Below, piece after piece: positions 50,663 to 64,000 of a stretch of 64,000 bases of DNA (position 1 is the first letter of the stretch; each line of letters opens with the position of its first letter). Source of the stretch: Narcine bancroftii (Eukaryota); the NCBI RefSeq assembly GCF_036971445.1, contig NC_091471.1, forward strand, positions 342,984,001 to 343,048,000, read 5' to 3'. Both the position numbers and the translations under genes were made by a program. The notes under the pieces were generated by a model. That model did no database searches. It was not told the origin of the DNA and saw only the letters and a list, made by a program, of their open reading frames with translations.

Positions 50663-52479
50663 TGTACATTAAAATCTCTTGAGATTATCCTTCATGTTAT
50701 CTGCTAGAGCCATCTATTGTCCCCTTTTTGCCCTCCTGATTGACTCTTTAGCTTGCTCCTCAGTACTTGAAACTCCTTCAGGTATCGATTTGATCCCAGC
50801 AACTTATACCTGTCCCATGTCTCTGTTTCGCTCTTGACCAGACCTTGAATTTCTCTAATCATTCCAAGCTTCCCTATGCTTGCATATAAATCGCCTGGAC
50901 TCTTCTCAACATACTTCCTTCAAACAACCTCTTCCAATCAACATGAGCCTCTTGATAGTTATCAGTGCTACCATTCAGGCCAAGTGAACAGTATTCCACA
51001 ATGCTCCTTATTTGTACAAGATATTGTTGTGTCAGGGGCCTAGTCATTCACTGCGAGATACCTAGCCTATGGCTCACTTTTGAAAGTTGGGCATCATTGA
51101 GCAGGGTTACATGAGGGTAATTGCCACTTGATAGTCATGGCAAGAAGGACTTGTGTCACTTGGCTGATGATTGATTGAACACAAATGAAAGGGATTGGAT
51201 TTGTCCTGTTCTTTTGTTCATGAGATGTAGCTAGGCAATTTTCCACTTTGTTAGTTGGATACCTGTGTTGTGACTACTCGACTGGGGCCACAGCTCCACA
51301 CCACTGGATACACACAGGGCAAAACCTATAGTGTACCCCATCTTAGAAGACCTTCTGTTGTCTCATCAAAAGCAGTAAAGTTGCTGAGTAAGTAACTCTG
51401 AACTGATGATGAGCTATCACTCCAAACTGCATTCTTGCTTTCATCAGGAACCTATAATTTAAATAGGCCAATACAGTATGGAACTATTGGATTTTCAAAT
51501 TTCTAGATTACTAATGGAATGATCAGGAGTTAAATAAACAAAATTCTAAAATAGTCCACGAAACTAACCAGGAGAAAATTAAAATCATAACGAGGATGTT
51601 TTCTATCCGCTTTGGGAACCTGGTTTATTAGAATTAACCAAATCTTGCTTCTGGGAAAGTGGGTTGTATGAACATTGACTGGAGGAAGCAAGTGATGAAA
51701 TAAACATATCCGACCAGACTTAACACCCTTGAATTTATTCAGGCAATGAAAGGTATATTGTTCCCTGAATGATTATGATTAGAAAAGAGCCTTCGTTGAA
51801 GAACTTACCAACATATTTCAAACTCAAAGAAACTTGCAATTGCAGAATATATTACTCCAGGTGCCACAAAAGAAATGTTATAATGTTTATGTTTCAGGAT
51901 CAAGGCCTTTCATCCCAAATGGGAAACTGATAAAATGTGTTTAAGTTGCTGAGAGGATGAGGAGAGGTGGACAGGACAAAAGGAATATGACGAATTGGAT
52001 GAGTCCCTATTGATGCCTCTGCAATTTCAATGTGATGCTAAATTCAATTTTAATCAATAGATTAATGAGCGAGGTTACAAAGAGAGAAAAAAGAGAATGT
52101 TAAAGATGGTTAAAGACTTTCAAAACTTAAAATTACCTAATACAGAACCGAAATAGTAAAATATTACTACCCTTTCACATAAATCTTTAAAACTTATTAT
52201 CACTCAATTCTCCTTCACAAACCAAATACTCTCTGTAAATAAGACAAATGTAGTTATAAAGCAAGAAAAAAAAAGTCAAGAACAATGGGATTAAGGTAAG
52301 ATTCTTCATCCCATGAGATTTATCAATGAACTCGCTTTGTTTAATATTTAAATGCATTTATACTGTCTTTATGGGTAGATTATTTGAAACAATAATCATT
52401 CTGTTTCAAATTTGTTTTCACTGGCTGATTTTTTTTCTAAGATGTATCTTTGCTATAATATTTTATATTTCAAGATTTT

Positions 52480-52720
52480 TTTTAGAGATACAACACATTA
52501 CAGGCCTTTCATTCCTCAACCGTGTGCCGCCCAAATACACAAATTAACCTACATACAAACCCCATGCATTTTTGGAGTGGGAGAGGAAACCTGAGCACCT
52601 AGAAGAACCCCCTCGACAGATACACAAGGAGAACATACAAACTCCTTGCAGACAGTTCCAGATCCAAACCGGGCTTGCTGGCACTATAACAGCATTGCCC
52701 TGACCGCTACACTAACCTTG
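52480..52720 (-). mobile_element. HE1-like V-SINE
   Basis: Antisense V-domain 'ggagaacatacaaactccttgcagacag'. Confidence 0.8.
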
Positions 52721-53244
52721 TCTATGGCAAGTTGAATTAATGTCCACCTTTATCTTTAATTTGGAATAATTTCATGGCTTTTCTCTGCAACCTTCTAATA
52801 TCCCTGTACTCTTTTTAAAAATGATAATCAGACATGTGTACATACTCCATGAAGTCTCAAACCAGTGCACTGTAAAATAAATGGATCCCACACAGCCCAT
52901 ATATTCTCAATTTTATTTGCTTTATTTACAATTAATATTTCAGTCCCGATGATCCCCAAGCCGTTTCAAAATGTTCTCCTCCTAATTTCACTGCCTCTAT
53001 TTTATACTCTAGCAGTTCATTTTACTTTTTACTTAGTAGTGAGTAGAATGTAATTTACATCTGCCAGCATTCAAATTAACTTTCTATTCGTTTTTCAAAT
53101 TGTATAAATAACCAATATTCTTCTACAGATGATTAACATTACTTTTTGACTCTGCTATGCTCTCCATTATAATACTGACTATAAATTTGAGAAATTTAAA
53201 TTGATTTTGACTCATATTTTTGAAGGGGTAGAGAAACAAGAATA

Positions 53245-53650
53245 AAACATGAAAATCTTCAGACACTGTGGTGGAGGCATTCAGCCAGTCAAACAGTGTC
53301 CTTTATGGTAAAATGACATGTGACGTTTCAGGCTTGAGCCTTTTAGCAAGGTATGGAAAAATGTTGGCAGGCACCCGAATAAAATGCTCTCCTCTCCCCC
53401 CCTTCCCTCTCTATTCACCCAGCCATCCCTCCTCCCCTTGTTCTCTGCTGTCTCCTCCCTTCCATCTCCACCTCTATTACCTCCTGCCTTTGTGACCATG
53501 CCTCCCCCATTCTTTTATTCAGAAGCCTCCCGATATTTTCCATACCTTGATAAAGGGCTCAAGCCTGAAACGTCAGTTATGTATTTTTATACACCTTTGG
53601 TGTATAAAGGATACTCTTTGACTTTGAGTTTCTCCAGCATTGTGTTTATA
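53245..53650. mobile_element. Penelope-derived inverted-repeat element
   Basis: Arms about 53280-53383 and 53513-53645 around a pyrimidine-rich pLTR; core TTGATAA-A-GGGC-TCAA-GCCT-GAAACGTC near 53547-53574. Confidence 0.8.
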
Positions 53651-53667
53651 CGAGAAACAAGTACTGA

Positions 53668-54472
53668 CTTAGCCCACTGCTCTATTCACAATACACCCAT
53701 GACTGAGTGGCTAGACACGAGTCAAATGCCATCTACAAATTTGCCAAGAGCGCTATGGTCATTAGCAGAATTGTAGAAGCAATGAGGAAGCATACGGGGG
53801 GGAGATAGATCAGCTAGTTGAGTGGTGCCACAGCAACAACAACATTGCACTTAATGTTAGCAAAATTGTGGACTTCAGGAAAGAGAAATCAAGATGGCAT
53901 GAACCAGTCCTCATCAAGGGGTTAGCAGTGGAAAGATTTAGGAGCTTCATGGGTGTCTTCATGTTGATGCAATCACGAAGAAGGCTTTCCAGCAGCTATA
54001 TTTTGTATGGAGTTTGAGGAAATTTGGTATATCACCAAATATTCTTGAAAAGTTCTCCGTTTTTATATTACAGGGGCACCGTGGAGAGCATTCTGTCTGA
54101 TTGCATCATTGCCAGGTATGGAGGTGCCGATGAACAGGACAAGAAAAGACCACAGCGCTGTGAATGCAGCCTGCACCACTCCACTCCACTCCCTTGAAGA
54201 CATCTACAAGAGACAGTGTCTTAAGAGAGCACCCTCTATCCTCAAGGACCCTCACCACCCAGGCCATGCCCACTTCACACTGCTACCATCAGGAAGGAGA
54301 TATAGGAGCCTGAAGATGAACGTCCAGCAGTAGCTTTTTAACCGCCTGCCATCAGATTTCTGAACAGACCCACAGGCTCTAAATGTAATCTTATAGCAAT
54401 ATTTACATTGTAAAGCTGCCACAAAACCACAAATGTTGTGACATGTTCATGACAATAATTTCTGATTCTGAT
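53668..54472 (+). mobile_element. Rex1/Babar LINE 3' fragment
   Basis: 'SILKDPHHPGHAHFTLLPSGRRYRSLK'; tail TCTGATTCTGAT. Confidence 0.88.
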
Positions 54473-56149
54473 AATTAGCATATACAGTAAAATCCCCAGA
54501 ATTCAAACAACCGGCAACCCAACCAACCGGCAATAAAACAAAGTTGAGGAAATAAATAGACATGGGAATGCAGTGATTAGGTCTCCTGTGACTGGGAAGG
54601 GTTGCAATTACTGGTACTGCACGACTGAGTTCTTGATGGATAGCTTCTGTGTTCCTTCTCCATTGTGTGTATATACAGCATATATGAATGGTTTCCTTTA
54701 GACAAAGGCGTAATGATGTGGCAGCATTTGTGAAATGACAACTTATGTTTTAGAAAACCTTTTCAAATCTCCATTAACTAATCAATAAAAGTATTTTTAT
54801 TGATGACATTTCAACTTTGTGCAGCTATATTATAAATTGCAGTGCTTTGGAGATTTAATATGAAATAATGTCTTCTGATTCCACAGTTTGGATATTGGTA
54901 TATTTCATGTTTCCCACACTTTACACACCTCATGTGTGGTCCATCAGAGTTAATCGCAACAACTGAAAATCAGTAGCAGTGAGACAAGGGAACAAATGGT
55001 TCGATTTACTGGGTAAAACAATTTCACAAAAATAGCACGCCATAAATATAGAAAAGGCTCTTTTTCATTGCACTGATTGACATTTTCTATAATCAAAATC
55101 CTTTATTTTCTTTGGATTCTTATATTATTCCTCAGGTTTCCTCAGGGAATGGAGTGATTTTTTTTCATATGTGGTTCAGTTTCATCAAAAATAACACATA
55201 ATTGAACAGTGCAGGAATTGATCCTCTGCCTCTATCCTTTCTTTACAGTCCTTACTCCTGTTTGATGGAATAACTAAATGCATTTTTTTGGAATCTTACA
55301 ATTAATATATTTCATTAGGCAAACCCTTAAAAATTTGAAAAATCTTTTCATCCATCCAGAATATAAATGGCTGGATAACAATTTTTGAAAAGGTTTGTTT
55401 CCTGAAAAAAAAAGTTGGTGATTGTGATAGACATCTTCAAGCTGAACACAGAGATAATTTTCGATTTGCTGCATCATGTAGGAAGTTGGAGAAACATTAA
55501 ATTAACTTTATTGAATTTTGCATGTTTAATGATGCTGACATATTGTGTTAGTTTAATTGACCTAAAATGCTAATTTTTAATTGTACTCAGCATCTGATGC
55601 CTTTTGTGTCAGTGACCAATAATAGTTGGCCAGCCTTAATGGATTCCAGTTGCTCTGCTACTGCTTTTCCATGATCGTAATGTCCTGGTGAAACCTTCCA
55701 CCAGGTTCATTACTGACTGCACCAAGATCAGCAGGGAAGACGTCCAAGTATGAATGCGGAAAATTAATTTTCAGTGACATGTTGTACTTCATGGTCTTCT
55801 ATGCTTTAAGTAGACTTAAAATATGACAGGAAGTCTCAAAAATAGGTTATATCTAAAATACGGTATGTGATAGGAACATTTTAAAGTGATTCTTGTGATC
55901 AGCCGTCCAACATCCACAAAATACACTGAAAAGTGTTCAGCAACCAAAATCTTTGTTGTCCAATGTTATCCATATTATTCTCTGCATTGACATCTTTACA
56001 TGCTGTTCATGCAAGTGGAGCTCTACTCTACTTATGTTTCCTGTTTAGAGAATGTATGCTGGAAATGTTAGAATTCTCCCACCATTGAAGCCCAAGCTCA
56101 GCGAAATCCTGAACATCTTAAAAATGCATATTTAGAAAAAGACAAGAAA

Positions 56150-56715
56150 ATAAGAACAGGAGTAGGCCCTGAAATCTGCCCCACCCTTCAATATTATCTC
56201 TCCTGGCCTCAACTCTTTTCTGTGCCAGATCCCTTAATTCCTTGATCTTTCAAATATTTACGGGGCCCTCCATAATGTTTGGGGCAAAGACTTTTTTTTC
56301 CTGCATTTTCCCCTGTGCTCCACAGTTTCAAATATGTAATCAAACAATTCACATGTGATTGAAGTGCACACTCCAGAATTTATTCAAGGTTATTTGTATA
56401 TATTTTGGTTTGACCATGAATTAATCACAGCATTTTTAAATGTATTCCTGCCTCTCTCGCTTCTTGAATGGTGGGGTGACATTTACAATTTTCTTGTCCT
56501 CCGGGACCATGCCAGAATCTATTGATTCTTGAATGATTATTACCAATAGCTCCACAATCTCTACTGCTGTCCCTTCCAGGACCAGAGGGTACAATCCATC
56601 TCGACCGTGAGATATATCTTTCCTTAGACCATTCAACTTCCTGAGCATCTTCGCATTCACTTTCCTTCCCTGATACTCTTCGACATCTGGCATACTGCTA
56701 GTGACTTCCACAGTG
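56150..56715 (-). mobile_element. CR1 fragments
   Basis: 'GRDGLYPLVL..IIQESIDSGMVPEDKKIVNVTPPFKK' plus a CR1 3' end at 56150-56290. Confidence 0.8.
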
Positions 56716-58269
56716 AAGTTTCACAAGACTATGAGCAACCTATATAATCCATAGTATTTCTCCCCATGACACAAGTCCCTCTGACCTCATTTGTGCATGT
56801 CTCACTTTATAGCTGATTCCCTGGGGTGTGGGTGCAATGGGTTCTGTGCTCAACATTCCTTTTGTGTGTTCTCTTGCCATATTATGGAGAAACTGGGGAA
56901 TTCTCCCCATATCCTGCAAAGACAAAACAGAAAAGAATTCAGCAATACACAAACATGAAGATATTAACTGTCAATCAATTTGCAGAGGATATAGTAATCA
57001 GAAAGAAAGAGAGAGAAGCAATTTTAACGGTGAGTAGCTCCTCTTTCAATATGCTCTTTCTAGGTGGAAACCCCACCAACACAGTTGCACACTTGTTTTT
57101 CCTTGCACTCATAAGATTTAGAGGAAGTCTTGAATTGGCACAACACAATGGTTTTTTCACACATCCAAAGCAGTTCCTATGTATTGAAACAGAATATTGA
57201 TGCCATTGCCAGATTTTTATGCATTCTCTTCTCCATCAAGTTCGGTGATTGGGTGAATGTTTTCTCCAAATATACTGTTTACCGGGATATGAACATCTTC
57301 ATTAATTGGGTTGACCATTGTAGTCACAAGGACACGGGAAAATGTACAAGCCATGTGATGTTTTCTCATTGGCTATGTTAAGTGATTTGTGAGAGGGTGT
57401 TGCAATTCTGAATGCAGAAGCCAGGTAATTAAACCATAAATAACCTCCTGTATTATATTTTTAACATTTAATATAATGGTTGATTGATGTGTTGAACCAA
57501 AAATAGCTGGAAATATTAGGTTTTGGGGTATTGCAGTTACTAAAATTCCATGAAATAAGATTATATTTATCAAGTATGCATTGATGAAAATAAACAATTT
57601 AGCATGGCAATCATACATCCAAAGGCTGATGATGTGGAGTTTTGATTTCTATTTGTCGAGGTGCAATGTGAAAATTTTCATTTTTTTTTAACGTCTATTT
57701 TGTGCATAGGTTAATGAATGTCAAGTTGCCAAGGATCAAACAGCATAGGTTGATAGATGCTATGCACATTTCACGTTGTGCTGTCTCAACAATGTTTCAC
57801 CACATGATCTAATTAGTACCAAAAATGCTTCTCAGTTTTTTCATTACCTTTGAAGCAATGGGGGTAACTCAACTTTGCTCACAGGAAAATTAATTCATAA
57901 TAAATTAATGATATTTATTAAAACTGCTTTAGGTTGTGTTAGTTAATGCAGGAATATTGGTTTGGAGAACAAAAGAATTTCACTACTTTGAGTGGTGTTG
58001 TGGGATATTTTGTAGCTGCTCAAAGTAAGTGAATCCTTGGTTTAATGTGTCTTACCGAAAAGAAACACCTATGGCAGGGTAGCACTCGATTGCATGTCAG
58101 TTTATATTTTTTGCAATGATAATATGGACATTTTTTATTTACAGCTGATAATGACATGTAGTCATAGATTCAAATTAACAATATATAGAAGCAATTGGAT
58201 TCGATGCACATTAGTCCTTCCAGGCAGTGAGTTCTTGAGGAATAAAAAATAGGCTAGTGTCACGTTAGC

Positions 58270-58750
58270 AGACACCTGCAGCAAGTAGTTAAGAGGGCAA
58301 CTCAAGTTTTTCCCTTTATGAAGTGTAGTGGAAGTTTTGTGATAACTGTACGGGATATTGGTGAGAAAGTACTACAAATAGTTATAGCACCCTTAGCTAA
58401 GAAAACATTACCATTAAAGTCAGTCCAAGCGAGATTCATCAGACTAGTACAAGGGATGAGGAAATTGTCCTGTCAGGACTTCCTTGGAGTTTAGAAGAAC
58501 AAGGGGTGATATTGAAACATAAAAGATCTGAAGGGGGCATGACAAGGTAGAGGTTGAGGTGGTTTCACTCGATTGAGAATCTCCAATGAAAGAACCTAGA
58601 TTCAAGGTAAGGGACAATTATATAAAACCAGAGCAAGTGGTAAATCCCTGCAATTCTCTGTCAAAATCAGGGGACATCTGGCACAGAGGAGGAGTTGAGT
58701 GGTGGGTTGGCTCGAAGAGCCAGGTGGCCTATTTCTACTCCCATTTTCTT
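58270..58750 (+). mobile_element. CR1 3' fragment (degraded)
   Basis: 'ttccttggagtttagaagaacaaggggtgat' and tail 'ggtggcctatttctactcccattttcttg'. Confidence 0.7.
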
Positions 58751-59288
58751 GTGTTCTTGTTTACTCAGTACTTGTAATCACAAAATTTCAGGTTTGTCAC
58801 CAAAACCGCTTCAGGGAATCCGATCTGGCATTTTCACCCAAGCTGGAGTGTTTGTATATTGATCTCCAAACTACTTTTTGCCATCGAATTTAATTTGTAT
58901 AATTGTTCCTTTATTACAAAAGGAACAATTTCACATTTTCCAATATTTCAGACTCTCAATGTAGTTGGCTCCTAGATATCTCCTCAATTCTGGGTGGGGA
59001 ATTAGGGGAAGAGAATAAATTCCATCGTTGTGAGAGCATATCCTATGAAGAAATGAAGAATACTGGTCTGAATATGTTGTCAGAATTGAAGAATGGGAAG
59101 GGCATAAATAATCAATTAGTTCCCTTCAAAGTACTTCATTCTGTGTGATGCAGCATTGAATACTTTTAAGAAATGTGATTGTTGCTTTATTATTCATAAA
59201 TGGAGTGTCCATTGTGATATTGTCTTTAGTTGCCAATAAATTTATTGGTTGATTTCTAAGACTTTTCAATTATAGTTATTTCTCTATA

Positions 59289-59801
59289 CAGGTTGTACCT
59301 CTTTAATTTGGTGACATTGAGATCTGGCCATTGCCGGACCACAGAAAATGCTGGAGAACAGAAATTAAATACACTGACCATATATTAAAGCAAGTTAAAT
59401 TTACTGACCGTCAACTGGCAGCTTCTCTGCTCTTTGCATCACTCTGCTCCCTTGGGCCAATCCTCTGAGCTGGATGACAGGTCCGACATGTCCTATTAAA
59501 ACTTGAGCCGTGCAATTTGCACAAAGTTCTCCCTGGTGTCACTCCGGGTGTCTGAGCTCTCTCAGTGATGTCACGTTCGCAGCTGGGTGAGTGGATGGGT
59601 CGGGCCGCAACTTTAAACTGTGCAACCAAGGGAGGAAAAAGAAAGGGCAATTCAAAAGCTGCAAAAGGGCTGTGTAGAACCGCCAGCAGCATTTTCAGAT
59701 TTTGGCGAACAGTGCCGCCCTGGTGGCAGATCCACAAACTGATGGCAACAGATTCAAAACGTGGCGGATCACATAGTGTTGGATTAGAGAGTTAAAATCT
59801 G
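59289..59801. mobile_element. Tigger-like non-autonomous DNA transposon
   Basis: TA|CAGGTTGTACCTCTTTAAT ... ATTAGAGAGTTAAAATCTG|TA imperfect TIRs. Confidence 0.7.
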
Positions 59802-60835
59802 TATTTAAAAAATCCACCTTATTGCATTATTACCACTAAACATTATTTCTTGTTGTGCAAGACCATCAATGTTTAATTAAATATCCCTACATAGGCGACA
59901 TCCATGCTTGCAATGAAAATCCTTATGTAAATATCATGTTCTAACTACACATCCCAGTCAAGTAAGAAGATATTTATATATAGAGAAGACCATAATTGTT
60001 CCTCAATTCCTCCACCCTAAAAGATCCAAACTAATAATTCCTTCTGGACATTCCTCGTTCCCCCATCATAGCATCCAGATGAGCTTTAAAAGGTACTTGG
60101 GTTTCTAACAACTTCTACCCCACCCCAAACTGTTCTTGCTCATTGTCCACTTCATGTATTGTTTCTGGACACAAAAATATTCCTCAGCATAATTTTACGT
60201 GGAATCCTTTGCCTTTCTCCTGCAGTTAAATTTATGGCCATGTCCAGAATCGAATCAACATTTTTGTTTAAACCTGAATCTTTTGATATCTCTATGATCA
60301 ACGCTTCAGTTCTTTCAAAGTTTGGTAGATTATTTGACATCAGTCTTCACAATCTGGATTTCTAAAATCAGGGATCAAAACCTCAATTTTTCTCTCTCCT
60401 GATAACTTACTATTTAAAAAAACAATTATTAGACCAGATTGTAATTTCATTGGCGTACTCACCATCTTGGTTGATTTACATCCTATTTTTTGGGCTATTT
60501 AGTTTTGTTAATTGCTTGTTCTGGATTGTTTGGATATGTTCAAAAACAACAGCCTGTGTTCATTATTACATAATTAGTATCCCAAGGCATTTCATATCAC
60601 AAAATTTGTACTGAGCCACTGATGGAGACATTTCGGTCAACCAGGTAGGTATATCAAAGTAGAAAAGTAATGCATTTCAGGGAGAGAGAGAGAATTCCAG
60701 AAATTAGGGCCTTGACTGTAGAATGCAGGAACAGTGATGTTGAAGCTATTTAAATCAAGTATGATGTGGAAGCCAAACGTGGAGGAACATAATTTTCTGA
60801 TGAGTTACAGGAAGTGAGAATCAGAAGGGTTGTGA

Positions 60836-61277
60836 CTTTTTCTTTGGCTTGGCTTCGCGGACGAAGATTTATGGAGGGGGTAAATGTCCACGTCAGCTGC
60901 AGGCTCGTTTGTGGCTGACAAGTCCGATGCGGGACAGGCAGACACGGTTGCAGCGGTTGCAGGGGAAAATTGGTTGGTTGGGGTTGGGTTTTGGGTTTTT
61001 CCTCCTTTGCCTTTTGTCAGTGAGGTGGGCTCTGCGGTCTTCTTCAAAGGAGGTTGCTGCCCGCCAAACTGTGAGGCGCCAAGATGTACGGTTTGAGGCG
61101 ATATCAGCCCACTGGCGGTGGTCAATGTGGCAGGCACCAAGAGATTTCTTTAGGCAGTCCTTGTACCTTTTCTTTGGTGCACCTCTGTCACGGTGGCCAG
61201 TGGAGAGCTCGCCATATAACACGATCTTGGGAAGGCGATGGTCCTCCATTCTGGAGACGTGACCCACCCAGCGCAGC
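60836..61277 (-). mobile_element. RTE LINE 3' fragment (young)
   Basis: Open ORF2 C-terminus '[39 protein letters not shown]'. Confidence 0.95.
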
Positions 61278-61298
61278 AAGGATGAGAATCCTTGTCTA

Positions 61299-61533
61299 CA
61301 CAGTTAGCGTACTGGTTAGCGCAATGCTGTAACAGCGCCAGCGACCGGGTTCGAATCGGGGTGCTGACTGTAAGGAGTTTTTGTACATTCTCCCCGTGTC
61401 TGCGAGGATTTCTTCCAGATGCTCCAGTTTCCTCCTGCCTTCCAAAAACATATGGGGGCCATAATTGGAGTATTTGGGTGACATGGGCTTGTGGGCTGGA
61501 AGGGTCTGTTACTGTGCTATGTGTCTAAATAAA
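61299..61533 (+). mobile_element. HE1-like V-SINE
   Basis: A-box-like TAGCGTACTGG, B-box GGTTCGAATC, V-domain, tail. Confidence 0.9.
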
Positions 61534-62639
61534 AATTCACAGGGTGATGGGTGAAAGATAAGCTCTGTTTATTCTGAGGGGACTGAATGGTGGTGAATGC
61601 ATTAGAACAGTCAAGCCTAATGTAACAGGGTTGTGGAAACTCATCTGCAGTGATCTGAGGCATGGATGAACTCGAATGATATAACGAAGGTGGGAATAAG
61701 TACAAGGCAGAAATGGTAAATGAAAACTGATTAGCAGCTGAACCATTCATTTGACTCTTACCTCAGTTTAAGCTTTCCAGAGAAAGAATCCCACTCAGCT
61801 TCAGAAACAGTCCTTCCTATCAAATACTTAAAATTCCTTTCAGCGTTTGCATTTCAGTAAGCAAATAGAACTGCAGATGTTGGAAGTGGGAATAAAAGCA
61901 GAAATACTGAAAACAGCCAATCAATGTCTGCGGAAAGAGAAGCATGCTAACATTTCAGATTGATGACCCTCGCAACTGATGGGGGAGAGGTGGGGGCAGC
62001 TTCCCAACTATTTTGGTGAACACTTGAAATGCCGTGGCACATGAAGCTATTAACTGACTGCTGTAAAAATGGCTGTCACAGCAATGAAGGACCAAAGGGC
62101 CAATTTCTAATTTTAATTAGCACAGCTTGCAATATTCTGCCAGACATCCATCCTGACGCCCACACAATTTCAACACTTTTGCTCAGCCCTTGCTGCCACA
62201 CATTCCTTCCCCAGCAGAACAATTCAGCAAACCGCGGCCTTTATGCTTACATAGAGGAAACGTGGCAAGCTCGTGTTGTGATGAGCCTTGCACACAGATT
62301 GGAGCTGTAGATTTAAATATGTTTTATTCAATGCAGCAAGCAGACATCTGGAGAAAGCCTCTTCTTTTGGCGACGTGCTGCAGAAAAGCAGGAGAATTTC
62401 TCTCTCATCCAAAAAGTACAATGATTTATTCTCTTTGAGTGCAACCATTACTGCAAGTGAATAAACACAGCTTCAACAGCCACAAATGCAGCAAACTACA
62501 TCCCGTTAACATATTGCAATGACTTTGCTTGGACAAAGAATTCTTATGCATAGTCTGACAGCTCCCGAAGGAGAGAGATGCCAGATGCTCTAAATTAGTG
62601 CTGAGGATGACGTTGGGTATTTATTTCTCCCAATCCCTT

Positions 62640-63640
62640 TGCCTCCATCTGTTCCCAGGTTGAGGCCATGTACCCCAGGCTATCTGAAAAGGTCTCTTTC
62701 TTTAATGAACATGGATTCCCCCTTGTTATCAATGAAACCCATACCCATAATCACCCTCATTTCTCACACTTCTACCCTCATCCCACCTCCTTCACTCCCC
62801 ACCCCCAGCAGACAGAACAAGGACAAGTCGCCTGATTCCCCACTTTCTACCACACCTGCTTCGGGTCGATGCCACCCTCCCCTCCTCCATCCACTCTTCA
62901 TAGGGATGTCATTCCAGCACTTCCTGGTCTGCTCTTCCCTCTCCAGCCATTCTTCCTGCTATAATTGGAGAAGGTGCAAAGTTTGTCAGTATACCTCCCC
63001 TCTCCCCCATCCAGTGACACAAACAGACCTTCCAACTGAGGCAGAGTTTTACACGCACATTATCCAATCTAATCTTCGACGTTCTACATACCTGGTGTAG
63101 CCGCCCCTTTAACAATGAGACTAAAAGTGGATTGGAAGACCACTTTACCTAACAAATTCACTCTGTTCATTTAAGCTTGAATTCATAGCAGCCAATAATT
63201 TCGATTCTTGTAATATTCTGTCCTAATCTTTATCCATTGCCAGGATGATCCAGTGTATCACATTCCTCCTGGACAGCCTTGGACACAATGGCATATGTTG
63301 ATTTTTCTACTTTTAGGTAACCCTCCACCTCCATTTGATTCACTGTTTCCATCTCTTATTTATCCATTCCTGTTCTTACATTTCCCTCTAAACCTTGTCT
63401 CATCTCCCAGTGGTCTCCCCGTCGACTTGGCTCTCCACTTCCCACACCTTCCATCTGATACCCTATCACCTCCTAACTCTCCTCCCACCCCCACTTCTTT
63501 CCCCCTTGATATTACCACTTCCTACTTGACGAGAAAAGTTTTCTCACTATTTTTATCCATGGGTGCTTCCTGAATCGTTGAGTTCCTCTGTCATCTCATT
63601 GTCTGTTCGAAATTCCAATATCCACAGTTTTTGTTTCTTT
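62640..63640 (+). mobile_element. Degraded Penelope-like element (GIY-YIG region and pLTR)
   Basis: Remnant 'RRCKVCQYTSP..QTFQLRQSFT..SNL..NETK..LEDHF' followed by a pyrimidine-rich tract and terminal motif. Confidence 0.7.
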
Positions 63641-63933
63641 TCTGCCATATAGTCATGACCCTTTACAAACCATGTTTCTTAAGCAGCCCCCTGTTGCAAT
63701 CTAGTAGCCAGCTCTTCAGAAAGCAGCACATTCATGCAGCTATGCTTTTAATTTCAACATTGAGCTTGTAATTTGTTTGAAGATATCATTGATTCTTGTC
63801 TGTATTAATGTCTATTATATCCAAAACTATATTCAAGTTCAAATTTATTATCATCTTATTGTACATTTACAATCTGACAAAACAGCATCCCTCTGGACCA
63901 TGGCACACACTGAAAAACACACAGTGTACGGTA

Positions 63934-64000
63934 CAGGCAATCCCCGACTTACGGCCGTAATTGGGTCCAAAGGATAGGTCGTATCTCGAAATGGACGCAA
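63934..64000. mobile_element. Start of a Tigger-like element (runs off the window)
   Basis: TA|CAGGCAATCCCCGACTTACG TIR. Confidence 0.7.

Noticed and set aside
59930-60430. Possible L1-type ORF1 remnant on the minus strand
   Set aside because: Too degraded to assign by eye
61299-61360. tRNA-like sequence
   Set aside because: SINE head continuing into the V-domain and LINE-derived tail; no complete cloverleaf

Overview
Eukaryotic, AT-rich, repeat-dense DNA with no recognisable host protein-coding exon, consistent with an intron or gene desert. The repeat set (HE1-like V-SINEs, CR1, Rex1/Babar, L1/Tx1-type 3' ends, Penelope remnants) points to a cartilaginous fish, probably a ray; this is an inference. 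A large share of the window is transposon-derived: four young, near-identical RTE LINE copies (one 1.44 kb with a 20-bp TSD), many Rex1 and CR1 fragments, about 7 solo LTRs, hAT and Tc1/mariner-Tigger non-autonomous elements, and Penelope-derived inverted repeats with hammerhead-like cores. Nearly all long ORFs in the track are TE remnants or their antisense shadows. Best leads: (1) a young RTE family whose RT resembles the horizontally transferred AviRTE group; (2) Penelope-derived hairpins with variant hammerhead cores and co-varying arms; (3) a ~215-bp inverted duplication bracketing 3 kb, a possible inversion scar; (4) a templated local insertion inside a CR1; (5) a compound hAT MITE; (6) an ERV-like LTR with a 50-bp tandem array; (7) a speculative LTR-initiated, minus-strand spliced ORF. 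All boundaries were read by eye and are approximate unless a TSD is quoted.
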